DNA from: Candidatus Helarchaeota archaeon
GTDB lineage: Archaea > Asgardarchaeota > Lokiarchaeia > Helarchaeales > RDOG01
Length of the DNA stretch: 64,000 nt
Direction: 5' to 3'
Assembly (NCBI GenBank): GCA_019058315.1
Contig: JAHPZH010000003.1
Location: forward strand, 169,669-233,668
In this document: positions 9,981 through 19,877 of the stretch, piece after piece
Layout: every line of letters begins with the position of its first letter
Numbering within the stretch: the stretch's first letter is position 1
Translations under genes and position numbers: made by a program
The notes under the pieces: generated by a model
What the model was told of the DNA's origin: nothing
Databases searched by the model: none
Seen by the model: the letters and a program-made list of their open reading frames with translations, nothing else

Positions 9981-11429
9981 TTATTTTGTCAATTTTTGAA
10001 AATTTTTTGCCATTGAATTACTTATTCTAACCTCAGCAAAGGGGTGAAGTGGGTGGTCTCTAAATGCAAGTTGACGAGCCCATTGCATTCCAAATCTCCA
10101 TACATCTTGGTTTAGGGCTTCAGCAATTTCTGGTTCTTCCTTAATTAAATTATTTTTTTCCTCTGGATCATTGATCATATCATATAATTCATCCATGCCA
10201 CCTTTTTCACCACGATTATCAATAAATTTCCAACGAGGAGTTCTACAACCAGCTCTAATTTGAAATCCACCCATAAATATTATATCATGAACTGCATCAA
10301 TCTTTGAATTCCTATCAATAATTGCAGGATTTAATGAAAGGGATTGCATTTCTTTGCGAATTTTCATTTTACCTGTTTCTAAGAAGAATCCTGAAATATC
10401 TACAGTTGTAAGTAATGTATCCATTTTTCTTCCTTTATCAAATTCAGGACCTTTAACAATAAAAGGAATTTTTGCCAGTTCATCATAAATAGGAACACCG
10501 TATTTTCTTATTGTTCCATGTTCACCATAAGGTTCGCCATGATCACTGATAACAATAAAAACTGTATCGTCCATTAATCCTAGGTCATCAATTTTCTGAA
10601 CAATTTTTCCAACTTCCATATCAACTTCATAATTTGTTCCGTGAACATGAGCAAGCAAGTTCTGAATCATTCCTTTTGGAAGAAGCGATGCATTAGCTGG
10701 AGGGAGAGGGCAATGTCCGACTGAATCATCCATTAAATGCTTAAAAGGCTTTAGAAATTCTTCTGGAGCCAGCCAAGGTTCGTGAGGCTCGAAATGGTCG
10801 ATCCAAAGAAAGAATTTGGCATTATCTTTTTCTAATTGATTAAGCCAATCCAAAGCCCAATTGGTGACTAATTCTGCACGTCTTAAATCTTGTGACTTTT
10901 TTAAATATATTTCATTTCCCATAGTTCCTTTGAAAATAGCTTGTTCAACTTGCCTAGATAATCTTCCAAATTCTTGATCAGCATCAAGTTGTTCTTCTGG
11001 CCAGAAATATTTCTCTGTATTTACTGATTTCATATCAGCCCCTGGAACAGGTGCAGAAACTTTACCATATATAGAATGCTTAAAAACATCAAATCCAATA
11101 TGACAATTATAAACACTAACTGTCATTGGGCTATCCCCAAAAAGAGCTGTTTTATATCCTTTCTTTTTAAAGCGTTTAGTAATATGGAAATCATGAGGAG
11201 TCATTGGTTTCCAAGTTCTACTAGTATGTGTATAAATTCCCGCCAATAGAGCTGTTCTTGTAGGTATTGTAATTGGATACTCAGCATAAGCATTAGTAAA
11301 ATTTATCCCTTGCTCAGCTAATCTATCAATATTTGGAGTTTTTGCCACTTCGCACCCATTACATCCTAAATGATCAGGTCTAAGAGAATCCAGCATGAAA
11401 ACTATAATATTAGGGCTCCTATTTGACAT
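9981..11429 (-). CDS. Sulfatase/alkaline-phosphatase superfamily hydrolase with Thr at the nucleophile position
   Basis: PNII...DSLRPDHLG, TPNIDRLA, TIPTR, EPHEP, SDHGE and ELYDMINDPEE. Confidence 0.88.
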   Translation of the reverse strand: MSNRSPNIIVFMLDSLRPDHLGCNGCEVAKTPNIDRLAEQGINFTNAYAEYPITIPTRTALLAGIYTHTSRTWKPMTPHDFHITKRFKKKGYKTALFGDSPMTVSVYNCHIGFDVFKHSIYGKVSAPVPGADMKSVNTEKYFWPEEQLDADQEFGRLSRQVEQAIFKGTMGNEIYLKKSQDLRRAELVTNWALDWLNQLEKDNAKFFLWIDHFEPHEPWLAPEEFLKPFKHLMDDSVGHCPLPPANASLLPKGMIQNLLAHVHGTNYEVDMEVGKIVQKIDDLGLMDDTVFIVISDHGEPYGEHGTIRKYGVPIYDELAKIPFIVKGPEFDKGRKMDTLLTTVDISGFFLETGKMKIRKEMQSLSLNPAIIDRNSKIDAVHDIIFMGGFQIRAGCRTPRWKFIDNRGEKGGMDELYDMINDPEEKNNLIKEEPEIAEALNQDVWRFGMQWARQLAFRDHPLHPFAEVRISNSMAKNFQKLTK

Positions 11430-11574
11430 TTAAAATCTCTCATTTTCTTTTTCTTAAATTATTATCTAGTTTTTATTTAGTTTTTTTTGTAAATTCCTAA
11501 ATTTTTTTATATTTTAATTTAGCTTATAATTATATAACCTTATTAATAGCTTTAAATGAAGGATTTGCGGGTCT

Positions 11575-12462
11575 GTGGAAAAAAAATTTGGAAAATTATT
11601 TGAAAAAGAAAAGATTGACAGGATTTTGAAACTTTTATCTGAATATTTTGAAAAAGATGATGAAGAATTATTATTAGAAAATATAGAATATCTTGAAAAA
11701 CTATGTTTTACAATTAAAGAGAAAGAATGGGTCTTTTCGAAAGATATTATTGATATCATAATTAAAAATTTGAATAATAAATGGTGGCATGTTCGTCAAG
11801 ACCTAATTATTCTTATCGGTAAAATAACTGAACTTTTTCCCAAAGAATTAATTCAGATAGATTTAGAGCCTATTATTGCTCAATTAAAAGAGATTTTTAT
11901 TAGCGATAATGACGAAGATAACAGATACCACGCTCTCAGAGTAATTGGAAAAGTTGGACTTATCGCACCTAATAAGTGTTTGCAATTCCTACTAAATCAA
12001 TTATATGATCCCAATCCTAAAATACAAGTATATTCTATTAATGCTTTGACTGAAATCGCAAATCAACATATAGGAGAAGTTAAGGAAATATTACCATTCC
12101 TTACAGAAAGCCTTCAAAAAGAGAATAAAGATCCTTTTGTAGTTCCAATTTTAGAAGAAGCAATAAAAAATATTAGTGAACATCTTTATGATGAGAAAAT
12201 TACCGACTTTATGACGACAGAGCTAATATCTTGTCCTTATTGTAAGGAATTTTATCCTGCTAAATCCGATGTATGTACAAATTGCGGAAGAGAAGTAGCT
12301 AAGTGCATAATCTGCGGACAAAAATTACAACATGAAACAGATATGAAACCATGTCCTTATTGCAAAACAATTTTCCATAAAAGACATATTCTAGAATGGG
12401 TACAAGACAAACATAATTGTCCCTCTTGTATGCGTTCCTTGTTTGAAGAAGATTTGAAATAA
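11575..12462 (+). CDS. HEAT-repeat protein with C-terminal zinc ribbon and RING-like domain
   Basis: HEAT units (WHVRQDLIILIGKI, DNRYHALRVIGKV, KIQVYSINALTEI); CPYC..CTNC ribbon; CIIC..CPYC..HKRHILEW..CPSC. Confidence 0.8.
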   Translation: MEKKFGKLFEKEKIDRILKLLSEYFEKDDEELLLENIEYLEKLCFTIKEKEWVFSKDIIDIIIKNLNNKWWHVRQDLIILIGKITELFPKELIQIDLEPIIAQLKEIFISDNDEDNRYHALRVIGKVGLIAPNKCLQFLLNQLYDPNPKIQVYSINALTEIANQHIGEVKEILPFLTESLQKENKDPFVVPILEEAIKNISEHLYDEKITDFMTTELISCPYCKEFYPAKSDVCTNCGREVAKCIICGQKLQHETDMKPCPYCKTIFHKRHILEWVQDKHNCPSCMRSLFEEDLK

Positions 12463-12522
12463 TCGATTCTTCTACATTCATATTGGATGATGTAATTAGA
12501 TTATTAAGGAGATAATGATGAG

Positions 12523-13068
12523 TTGAAACCTTTAGAAAGAAAATTATTTCCAAGTCGTGGTATATTTGAGATTATAATTGGAATATTTTGGTTAATGTTT
12601 AATTTCTTATTTTTAAGACAAAGATTCACTCTTCCATGGGATCCATTTTCATGGAAATATTTTATGAGCCTGCTTTTCTTTGGAGTATATTTTATATTTG
12701 AAGGGGTATTTAATCTAATTTATGCAATTCGCATATATTCCACTTATCAAAATTACCCAAGTGATGATTTGTGCGATCATTGTGGAGTTAAGGTAGAAAA
12801 TATTAAATTAAATGACTTTGGTGATATAAAAAAAATCCTTTGTAAAAAATGTCATATTAAGCATGAATTAATTTTTATCATAATTTTTGAGATTCTAGTG
12901 GTCGTATTTATTTTATTTTTAATATTTAATAATCCTCCAACTTCTAATATAAGTGAAATTTTATTTAACCTTTTTATAATTATAAGTTTTGCAATAGTTA
13001 TACCCATTTTATCTCTAATCCGTATAAAAAGAGGCGGGGCAATATTTGGAGAAAAGGAATTTGTTTGA
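12523..13068 (+). CDS. 4-TM membrane protein with a CxxC...CKKCH zinc-binding loop
   Basis: Two TM pairs flank CDHC...CKKCH; paralog at 27317. Confidence 0.7.
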   Translation: MKPLERKLFPSRGIFEIIIGIFWLMFNFLFLRQRFTLPWDPFSWKYFMSLLFFGVYFIFEGVFNLIYAIRIYSTYQNYPSDDLCDHCGVKVENIKLNDFGDIKKILCKKCHIKHELIFIIIFEILVVVFILFLIFNNPPTSNISEILFNLFIIISFAIVIPILSLIRIKRGGAIFGEKEFV

Positions 13069-13294
13069 TATTAATTATCAGGTTGCTTAATTTCTAAAGG
13101 AATATCTGGAATTTCATAGCAATATTGAAGAAGTATCCAAGTTGGAGAAGAGAATTGATAAATTAGAAAGAAAAATTATGAAATTAAATTAAAAAAAAAC
13201 TTCACTTTCTTATAGTTATATGATTTACACAATTTTCCTTCTTTTATACATTCTCTATTTGAAGAAAATTTGAACTGATTTGAATATTCCAGAA

Positions 13295-13657
13295 TCAACT
13301 AAAGATATTGTGAATCTTTCTAGAGTAACGAACCATGAGCCCCTTTAGAATTGGGCTTGCAGCATTATCAGTGATTGAAGCCAATAACATCTTTTTATTT
13401 GGAATATGCTTTATGTAGAGATTAACTCCATTTGTTAATCTGATTTTGGCTTCATTAGATTTAATCTTTTTGCTCATATGACGAAAAATTGTTGCTATAT
13501 GTGCAGAAATTTTTCTATTTTCGTATTTTTCACCTGGCAACTTTGACGATATGTGTAATCCATTGTCTCTTATTAAGATTGAACCTTTAATTTGCTTATG
13601 TTTATTCATTTTATTATGAATAATCTTCATTTTCTCTTCTACGTTTTTGTTATTCAT
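13295..13657 (-). CDS. Roadblock/LC7-like domain protein
   Basis: Helix, then IKGSILIRDNGLHISSKL (DG-x-I-x-S-like strand pair), KISAHIATI helix, three strands and a C-terminal helix; 120 aa. Confidence 0.7.
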   Translation of the reverse strand: MNNKNVEEKMKIIHNKMNKHKQIKGSILIRDNGLHISSKLPGEKYENRKISAHIATIFRHMSKKIKSNEAKIRLTNGVNLYIKHIPNKKMLLASITDNAASPILKGLMVRYSRKIHNIFS

Positions 13658-13732
13658 GTGTAAAAAATCAATTTTTAAATAGATATAGGGGAGGATTATC
13701 TAAATAGTACATAATCCAATTTAAGAAGTCAG

Positions 13733-14440
13733 TTAAAACAATCCAGATTCGAAATTTTTTCTAGCATCTTTAATTGCAGTTTCCAAAATATCAAAAATCT
13801 TAATTCCATCAGCTGAGCGAACGGCAAAAATAATTTCTGTAAAAGTACTGATAATATCTATTAATGTAATTCCACCCTGTGCTACTAAACCTGTTAAATA
13901 ATACATAATGCCAGGCACATCTACCATTCGAGGTGGAGTATTTACAATTAATATAGATAGATCATCTTCCTTTTGTAATATTTCACTCTTTTTATTTCCT
14001 AACTTATCTAGAATTAATTTTGCATTTTTTCGATTAAGCAGAACAGCAAGTTCTCCAGAGCTTTGAAAGAGATACATTCTTTCTCCTTTTGACCAATCGA
14101 TATTTTTATCATAAATCTCTGAAACAATTGAGTGATTTGAAAGATTGCGCCTTAGAGTAATAGAAACCATATCATTGGCTAGATTTAAGTCAAATTCTGA
14201 AACAATTTTTATAATTTCGTTCGATAAATGAGTATTTTTTAATTTTTCTGCATATCTATATATTGCCATAATTATAGCATTTAGATTTGGAGATTTTTGA
14301 TACTTTTTCTTTATTTCTTCTGAGAGTGTCCTAGCTAAATTTGAAAAATTAATAATATTATCTTTTAATAAATCTTTAATGAATGGTCTATAATCTAGGA
14401 TTTCATTAATTATCTTCTGAATACTTTTTGATTTTTCCAA
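13733..14440 (-). CDS. ACT-domain regulatory protein (N-terminal helical/HTH-like region plus aspartokinase-type ACT domains)
   Basis: INFSNLAR, AIIMAIYRY, VPGIMYYLTGLVAQGGITLIDIISTFTE. Start re-set to TTG 14440 because the track start overlaps dapA. Confidence 0.8.
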   Translation of the reverse strand: MEKSKSIQKIINEILDYRPFIKDLLKDNIINFSNLARTLSEEIKKKYQKSPNLNAIIMAIYRYAEKLKNTHLSNEIIKIVSEFDLNLANDMVSITLRRNLSNHSIVSEIYDKNIDWSKGERMYLFQSSGELAVLLNRKNAKLILDKLGNKKSEILQKEDDLSILIVNTPPRMVDVPGIMYYLTGLVAQGGITLIDIISTFTEIIFAVRSADGIKIFDILETAIKDARKNFESGLF

Positions 14441-14531
14441 TTTAACAAATTCCTTTATTTTTGTATGACCATTATCAAATATGTTAAATATTAATTTAAT
14501 ATAAAATTTTCTAAAATTCATAAATTGGTGA

Positions 14532-15440
14532 TTGAATATGGTTAAAGACGTTAAGCTAGAAGGTAATTTTGTTGCTTTAATTACTCCATTAGACAAAAAT
14601 TTAGAAGTTGATGAAGACGGAATACGTAAGCTTGTGGATCTTCAAATTAAAAATGGAATACATGGTTTAGTTCCTATGGGAACTACTGGTGAAAGTGCAA
14701 CCATGTCTCATCCAGAGCATAGAAAGATAATAGATATTGTTGTAGATCAAGCTAAAGGAAGAGTTCCAGTTATGGCCGGAACAGGATCTAATTCAACAGC
14801 CGAAGCTATTGGACTTACTCAATATGCATTAAATGCTGGAGCAGATGCCTCCCTATTGATTTCACCTTATTACAATAAGCCAACACAGAGAGGTTTGATC
14901 CATCATTTCACGAAAGTTGCAGAATCAGCAAAGGAATTACCAATTTGCATTTATAATGTACCTGGTAGAACTGGTCGAAATGTTGAGGCAGCAACGACTA
15001 TTAAATTATCAAAAATTAAAAATATTGTAGCAATTAAAGAAGCTTCAGGAAATGTTGGTCAAATCATGGATATTATCAATGGTACAGATGAAGATTTTAC
15101 AGTATTGTCTGGTGATGATTCTTTAACTTATACAATATGTACATTAGGTGGAAAAGGTGTTGTCAGCGTTGCTTCGAATGTCGCAACTAAACTTGTATCG
15201 GAGATGTGCGAAAAATTACTTGCAAACGATTTTATTGGGGCAAGAAAATTACATTATAAACTATTGGATTTGTTTGGGATTTTATTTATCGAAACTAATC
15301 CAGGACCTGTAAAAGAAGCTGCAAAATTAATGAACCTTGCTGGAATTTCAAATTGGTATTTACGCCCACCCCTAATAGCATGTACCCCAGAAAATTCTGA
15401 TAAAATTAAGAAAGTTTTACAAGATCTCAAATTACTTTAA
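14532..15440 (+). CDS. dapA: 4-hydroxy-tetrahydrodipicolinate synthase
   Basis: GTTGES, GTGSNST, PYYNKPTQ, IYNVPGRTG, IKEASG, SGDD and ETNPGPVK; GGTGA RBS suggests ATG 14538 as start. Confidence 0.96.
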   Translation: MNMVKDVKLEGNFVALITPLDKNLEVDEDGIRKLVDLQIKNGIHGLVPMGTTGESATMSHPEHRKIIDIVVDQAKGRVPVMAGTGSNSTAEAIGLTQYALNAGADASLLISPYYNKPTQRGLIHHFTKVAESAKELPICIYNVPGRTGRNVEAATTIKLSKIKNIVAIKEASGNVGQIMDIINGTDEDFTVLSGDDSLTYTICTLGGKGVVSVASNVATKLVSEMCEKLLANDFIGARKLHYKLLDLFGILFIETNPGPVKEAAKLMNLAGISNWYLRPPLIACTPENSDKIKKVLQDLKLL

Positions 15441-15455
15441 TTTAGGTGAGAAATA

Positions 15456-16268
15456 GTGATAAGAGTCTGCGTCAGTGGCGCTGATGGAAATATGGGATCG
15501 CTTGTAGTTAAATATGTAATTCAAGATCCGGAAACAGAGTTAGTTAGTGCTCTGACTATGCAAAATTCACCCAATATAGGCAAAGATGCTGGAACATTAG
15601 TAGGTCTTGAAAAAATTGGTGTTAAAATTTCCGATAAGATTTCTGAAGTGCTTGATGCTAAGCCTGAAGTATTTATTGATTTCACTGTTGCATCAGCTGC
15701 TGAGGCAATTGTTCCAAAAGTATTAGAAAGAGGAATTAATTGTATTATAGGTACTACAGCCTTATCTAAAGATTTTATAAAGAATTTCGAAGATACTGTA
15801 AAGAAAAAGGGAATTAAAGGAATGATATCTCCAAATATGTCATTAGGTGTAAATCTTTTCTTAAGTATTGCAGGAGTTCTCGCATCTAAATTGAGTGGTT
15901 ATGATATTGAAATAATTGAAGCACATCATCATCGTAAGAAAGATAGTCCTAGCGGAACTGCAGCTAAACTAGCTGGAATAATTGCTAAAGCAATTGAAAA
16001 AGATTTGGATTCTATTGTTAAATGGGGAAGACCTAAAGGAATGACAAAACGTAAAATTGGAGCAGAAGAAATTGGAGTTCATTCTATACGAGGTGGAGAT
16101 ATAGTCGGAGAACATACGGTACTTTACGCTGGACCTGGTGAAAGAATTGAATTAATTCATAGAGCTCACAGTAGAGAATGTTTTGCAGCAGGAACTGTTG
16201 AAGCTATAAAATTCATAATGGAACAAAAAAAACCCGGAATTTACCAAATGAGCGATTTGATTTCATAG
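15456..16268 (+). CDS. dapB: 4-hydroxy-tetrahydrodipicolinate reductase
   Basis: GADGNMG, IDFT, EAHHHRKKDSPSGTA and RGGDIVGEHTV. Confidence 0.96.
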   Translation: MIRVCVSGADGNMGSLVVKYVIQDPETELVSALTMQNSPNIGKDAGTLVGLEKIGVKISDKISEVLDAKPEVFIDFTVASAAEAIVPKVLERGINCIIGTTALSKDFIKNFEDTVKKKGIKGMISPNMSLGVNLFLSIAGVLASKLSGYDIEIIEAHHHRKKDSPSGTAAKLAGIIAKAIEKDLDSIVKWGRPKGMTKRKIGAEEIGVHSIRGGDIVGEHTVLYAGPGERIELIHRAHSRECFAAGTVEAIKFIMEQKKPGIYQMSDLIS

Positions 16269-16431
16269 GTTATTGCCAAATATTAAAAATATTTCTTAAT
16301 TTTTCTTTTTTAAGAAATAAAATTTGGTAAAATACTCAAATTTTTTTCTCAATTTTTATTTAAATTAATTTAAATTACATTAACTTATTAATAAGAATAA
16401 AATAAATCCTAGATTAATAGGAGCCTTCCAT

Positions 16432-17739
16432 ATGATAGAATTTTTAAAACAAAAGAATTTAGAAGTAAAAAAGAACCATCTATTTATTGGTGGTTGTGAT
16501 TGTGTTGAATTAGTAGAAAAATACGACACACCCCTTTATGTAATTAATAAAGACACAATAGTTCAGAGATATCATTCATTAAAAAATGCTCTACTTGAAC
16601 ATTATGATAAAATTGAAATCCATTATGCTGCAAAAGCCAATACAAATATGTCTATTTTAAAGTTATTAAATGAAGAGGGAGCCCATTTAGATTGTGTTAG
16701 CACGGGTGAAATTTATCTCGCTTTGAAAGCAGGATTTGCTCCCGAGAAGATTTTATATACAGGGAATAATTATAGAGATGACGAATTTCAATTTGCCTTG
16801 GAAAAGGGAGTTATGATAAATTTAGATGCTTTATCCCAAATAAAGAGGTTAGTTAATGTCTTAGATGCTGTAAATATGGAGAAACCATTGATTTCATTCC
16901 GTGTTAATCCTGAATTTGGTGGTGGATTTCATGATCATTGCATTACAGCGGGTCCAGATATTAAATTTGGTATTTTAGATAGTGAAATCATAGAGGCATA
17001 TAAAAAAGCTCAGCAATATGGGTTCACAAAATTTGGGATCCACACTCATATTGGTTCAGGGATATTAGATATAAGTACTTTTAAGGTTGCGGCTCAAAAA
17101 TATTTAGATATAATAAGTAAAATAAAAAAGAATCTTGATATTGATTTTGAATTTATTGATTTTGGAGGCGGACTTGGTATCCCCTATCGGCCATCCGAAA
17201 AGCCATTAGACTTGAATGAATATAGTACTTCAATTTTGGATCTATTTAAAAAGAAAATCGAAGAATTGAATTTAAATGGGCTAATATTTTCTATTGAACC
17301 AGGCAGATATCTCGTTGCTGAATCTACAATTATTCTTTCACAAGTTAATACTATTAAAGAAACACGAACTAAAAACTGGATTGGTATAGATGCAGGATTT
17401 AATGTGCTTGTAAGACCCACAATGTATGGAAGTTATCATGAAGTAGTTGTAGCTAATAGAGTGGGGGTAAAAGGTAAACAATTAAAATATGAAATAGCTG
17501 GGCCAATCTGTGAATCTGGTGATGTAATTGCCAAGGATAGAACCCTCCCAAAAATTGAAGAAAATGATTTAATTGCTATTTTAGATGCGGGGGCATACGG
17601 ATTTAGTATGAGTTCCTCGTATAATTCCAAATTACTTCCTGCTGAAATTATGGTAAGCAATGGAAAATCGCAAATCGTAAGAGAAAGACAAGTTTATGAA
17701 GATTTAACCCACCATCAACATTTTTACCAAGATTTATAA
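16432..17739 (+). CDS. lysA: Diaminopimelate decarboxylase
   Basis: YAAKAN, HTHIGS, DFGGG, EPGRY, GPICESGD and GAYGFSMSSSYN. Confidence 0.96.
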   Translation: MIEFLKQKNLEVKKNHLFIGGCDCVELVEKYDTPLYVINKDTIVQRYHSLKNALLEHYDKIEIHYAAKANTNMSILKLLNEEGAHLDCVSTGEIYLALKAGFAPEKILYTGNNYRDDEFQFALEKGVMINLDALSQIKRLVNVLDAVNMEKPLISFRVNPEFGGGFHDHCITAGPDIKFGILDSEIIEAYKKAQQYGFTKFGIHTHIGSGILDISTFKVAAQKYLDIISKIKKNLDIDFEFIDFGGGLGIPYRPSEKPLDLNEYSTSILDLFKKKIEELNLNGLIFSIEPGRYLVAESTIILSQVNTIKETRTKNWIGIDAGFNVLVRPTMYGSYHEVVVANRVGVKGKQLKYEIAGPICESGDVIAKDRTLPKIEENDLIAILDAGAYGFSMSSSYNSKLLPAEIMVSNGKSQIVRERQVYEDLTHHQHFYQDL

Positions 17740-17789
17740 TTAAAGAATAATAAAAAAATTAATCAATAATAAAGAATAATCGTGATGTT

Positions 17790-18590
17790 ATGGAAGAATT
17801 AAAAAAACGATTGGAAGAGAGAGAAAACGAATTAAATATTAAAAATAAACTTATAAAGAGCAAGACTGAAGAAATCGCTGAATTAAAAAAGGAAATAGAG
17901 GATTATAAGGCTGCAAAAGATGCAAAAACCATCAGTCAATACGAATCCAAGTTTAATACGTTAGAAGAGAGGATTCAAGATAAAGATGCACGAATTACCA
18001 ATTTAGAAAAAAGTATTAAACAATCAAATGACTTACTTTCGGAATATAGAGATTATAAAGAAAAATTCGAAAAATTACAAAAAGAATTTGATGAACAAAA
18101 TTCTAAACTCAAAGATCTGGAAAATATTAAAGCTGAATTAGAAACAAAGAATCGTGATCTAACTTATAAAGTTGAAAATTTGGAAGAGAGATTAGAGAGA
18201 GAAATAAAAAGTCTTAAGGCAGTTCATCAAAAAGAAATTGAAGAAATTGAAACAGCACACTCAGAAAAGGTAAAATCTTTAAAATATAAACTAGCACCAA
18301 CACAAATTTTTCTGAAATATGCAAATAAACAATTTGTAAGAGCAATGACACGTCCAAATGAGGGAATAATTCTAATATTGGACGAAACAAAGCAAAAATG
18401 GATACTTGATTATTCATTGGAACCAAATTTAATCGAACGAAGAACTGCTGAACGACAAGCGCGTAGTATTGCAAAAACAGGATTTAATATCGGTGGAAAC
18501 CGTGTTGGAGTAAGATATCAATTAGAAATAGCTGAACAAAGCATAGTTCCAGAAAAACTCCTTCGAGATCAACATAAATATAATGTTTAA
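17790..18590 (+). CDS. Long coiled-coil protein with a C-terminal globular domain
   Basis: About 165 aa of E/K/L heptads followed by a ~95-aa alpha/beta domain. Confidence 0.7.
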   Translation: MEELKKRLEERENELNIKNKLIKSKTEEIAELKKEIEDYKAAKDAKTISQYESKFNTLEERIQDKDARITNLEKSIKQSNDLLSEYRDYKEKFEKLQKEFDEQNSKLKDLENIKAELETKNRDLTYKVENLEERLEREIKSLKAVHQKEIEEIETAHSEKVKSLKYKLAPTQIFLKYANKQFVRAMTRPNEGIILILDETKQKWILDYSLEPNLIERRTAERQARSIAKTGFNIGGNRVGVRYQLEIAEQSIVPEKLLRDQHKYNV

Positions 18591-18704
18591 TTTTTAACTT
18601 CTTTTTAATTTTCACCTAAATAAAGTTTATAAAACAATTTAAAATTATTAAGTCTTACAACTGTATATTCTCCTAAAAATGAATTATGTTTAATTGGTGA
18701 TTTA

Positions 18705-19877
18705 TTGAAAATATTTTCTAGTGACCGCGTAAATGCTATAGGATCTTATGCTTTTGCTGAAGTTGACAAGATGGTTGAACATTTGATAAAAAAAGGTATT
18801 AAACCATTGGATTTTGGAGTTGGTGATCCACAAGCTCCAACACCAGATTTGATTAGAGAAGCTTGTAAAAAAGCTATTGATAATCGAAAGACAAGTGGCT
18901 ATCCAACATATACAGGAAGTCAAGAATATAGAGAAGCGATTTCAAAATGGATGAAAAAAAGATTTAATCAATATTTAAATCCTGATACAGAAATTACAAG
19001 TTCACTTGGTGGGAAAGAAGCGGTTTTTAACTTTCATTTTGGCTTTGTAAATCCTGGAGATATTGTTTTTGTTCCAAATCCTGGCTATCCTCCAGGGGAG
19101 CGTGGTACTATTTTTGCAGGGGGAAAACCGATTCTTCTACCTTTGAAGGAAGAAAATGATTTTTTAGTCGACTTAGATGCAATAAAAAAGGAACATGTAA
19201 AAAAAGCTAAAATTTTATGGATAAATTACCCAAATAATCCTACAGGAGCTGTCGCAACAGAAGAATTTTTTAAAGAAGTAATTGATTTTGGTCATGACAA
19301 TAATATTATTATAGCATCTGATGAAGTATATTCCGAACTCTATTATAAGGAAAAACCAAAGAGTATTTTAGAATATGATCGTGAGGGAATTGTTGTTATA
19401 CAATCATTATCAAAGAGAAGTTGTATGACTACATATAGGGTGGGTTGGCTTGCCGGAGATGAAAATGTTATATCCATAGTCAAAAAAGTAAAAACAAATA
19501 TAGATTCCGGAACTTGTTGGTTCATTCAAGATGCAGCTATTGCAGCCCTCAGTGATGAAGAGCATGTTAAAGTGATGCAAGAGGAATACAAACAAAAAAT
19601 GGATATCATGATCTATGCCTTGAATGAAGTTGGATTAGAAACAAGATATCCCAAAGCCACCTTTTATATATGGCAAAAAACTCCAGATAATATGTCATCT
19701 CTAGATTTTGCAAAAAAATTATTGCAAGACAAACTCGCAATCGTAACCACTCCTGGAGCTTGGATATCAAAAGAAGTTGATGGAGAAAACCCAGGAGAAG
19801 GATTTGTTCGTTTTGCTCTAGTTTCTTCTATTGAGCAGACGAAAGAGGCTGCAGAAAGGTTGAAAAAATACTATTAA
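18705..19877 (+). CDS. dapL: LL-diaminopimelate aminotransferase (class I/II PLP)
   Basis: YAFAEVD, GVGDP, NYPNNPTGA, DEVYSE and SLSKRSCMTTYRVG; sits in the dap/lys cluster. Confidence 0.8.
   Translation: MKIFSSDRVNAIGSYAFAEVDKMVEHLIKKGIKPLDFGVGDPQAPTPDLIREACKKAIDNRKTSGYPTYTGSQEYREAISKWMKKRFNQYLNPDTEITSSLGGKEAVFNFHFGFVNPGDIVFVPNPGYPPGERGTIFAGGKPILLPLKEENDFLVDLDAIKKEHVKKAKILWINYPNNPTGAVATEEFFKEVIDFGHDNNIIIASDEVYSELYYKEKPKSILEYDREGIVVIQSLSKRSCMTTYRVGWLAGDENVISIVKKVKTNIDSGTCWFIQDAAIAALSDEEHVKVMQEEYKQKMDIMIYALNEVGLETRYPKATFYIWQKTPDNMSSLDFAKKLLQDKLAIVTTPGAWISKEVDGENPGEGFVRFALVSSIEQTKEAAERLKKYY

Noticed and set aside
13095-13192. Short coiled-coil-like reading frame (EYLEFHSNIEEVSKLEKRIDKLERKIMKLN)
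   Set aside because: An in-frame stop lies just upstream and there is no convincing start; too short to support.
14441-14596. N-terminal extension of the 287-aa ACT ORF
   Set aside because: It overlaps dapA head-to-head and spans the AT-rich promoter; the recognisable protein begins near TTG 14440.
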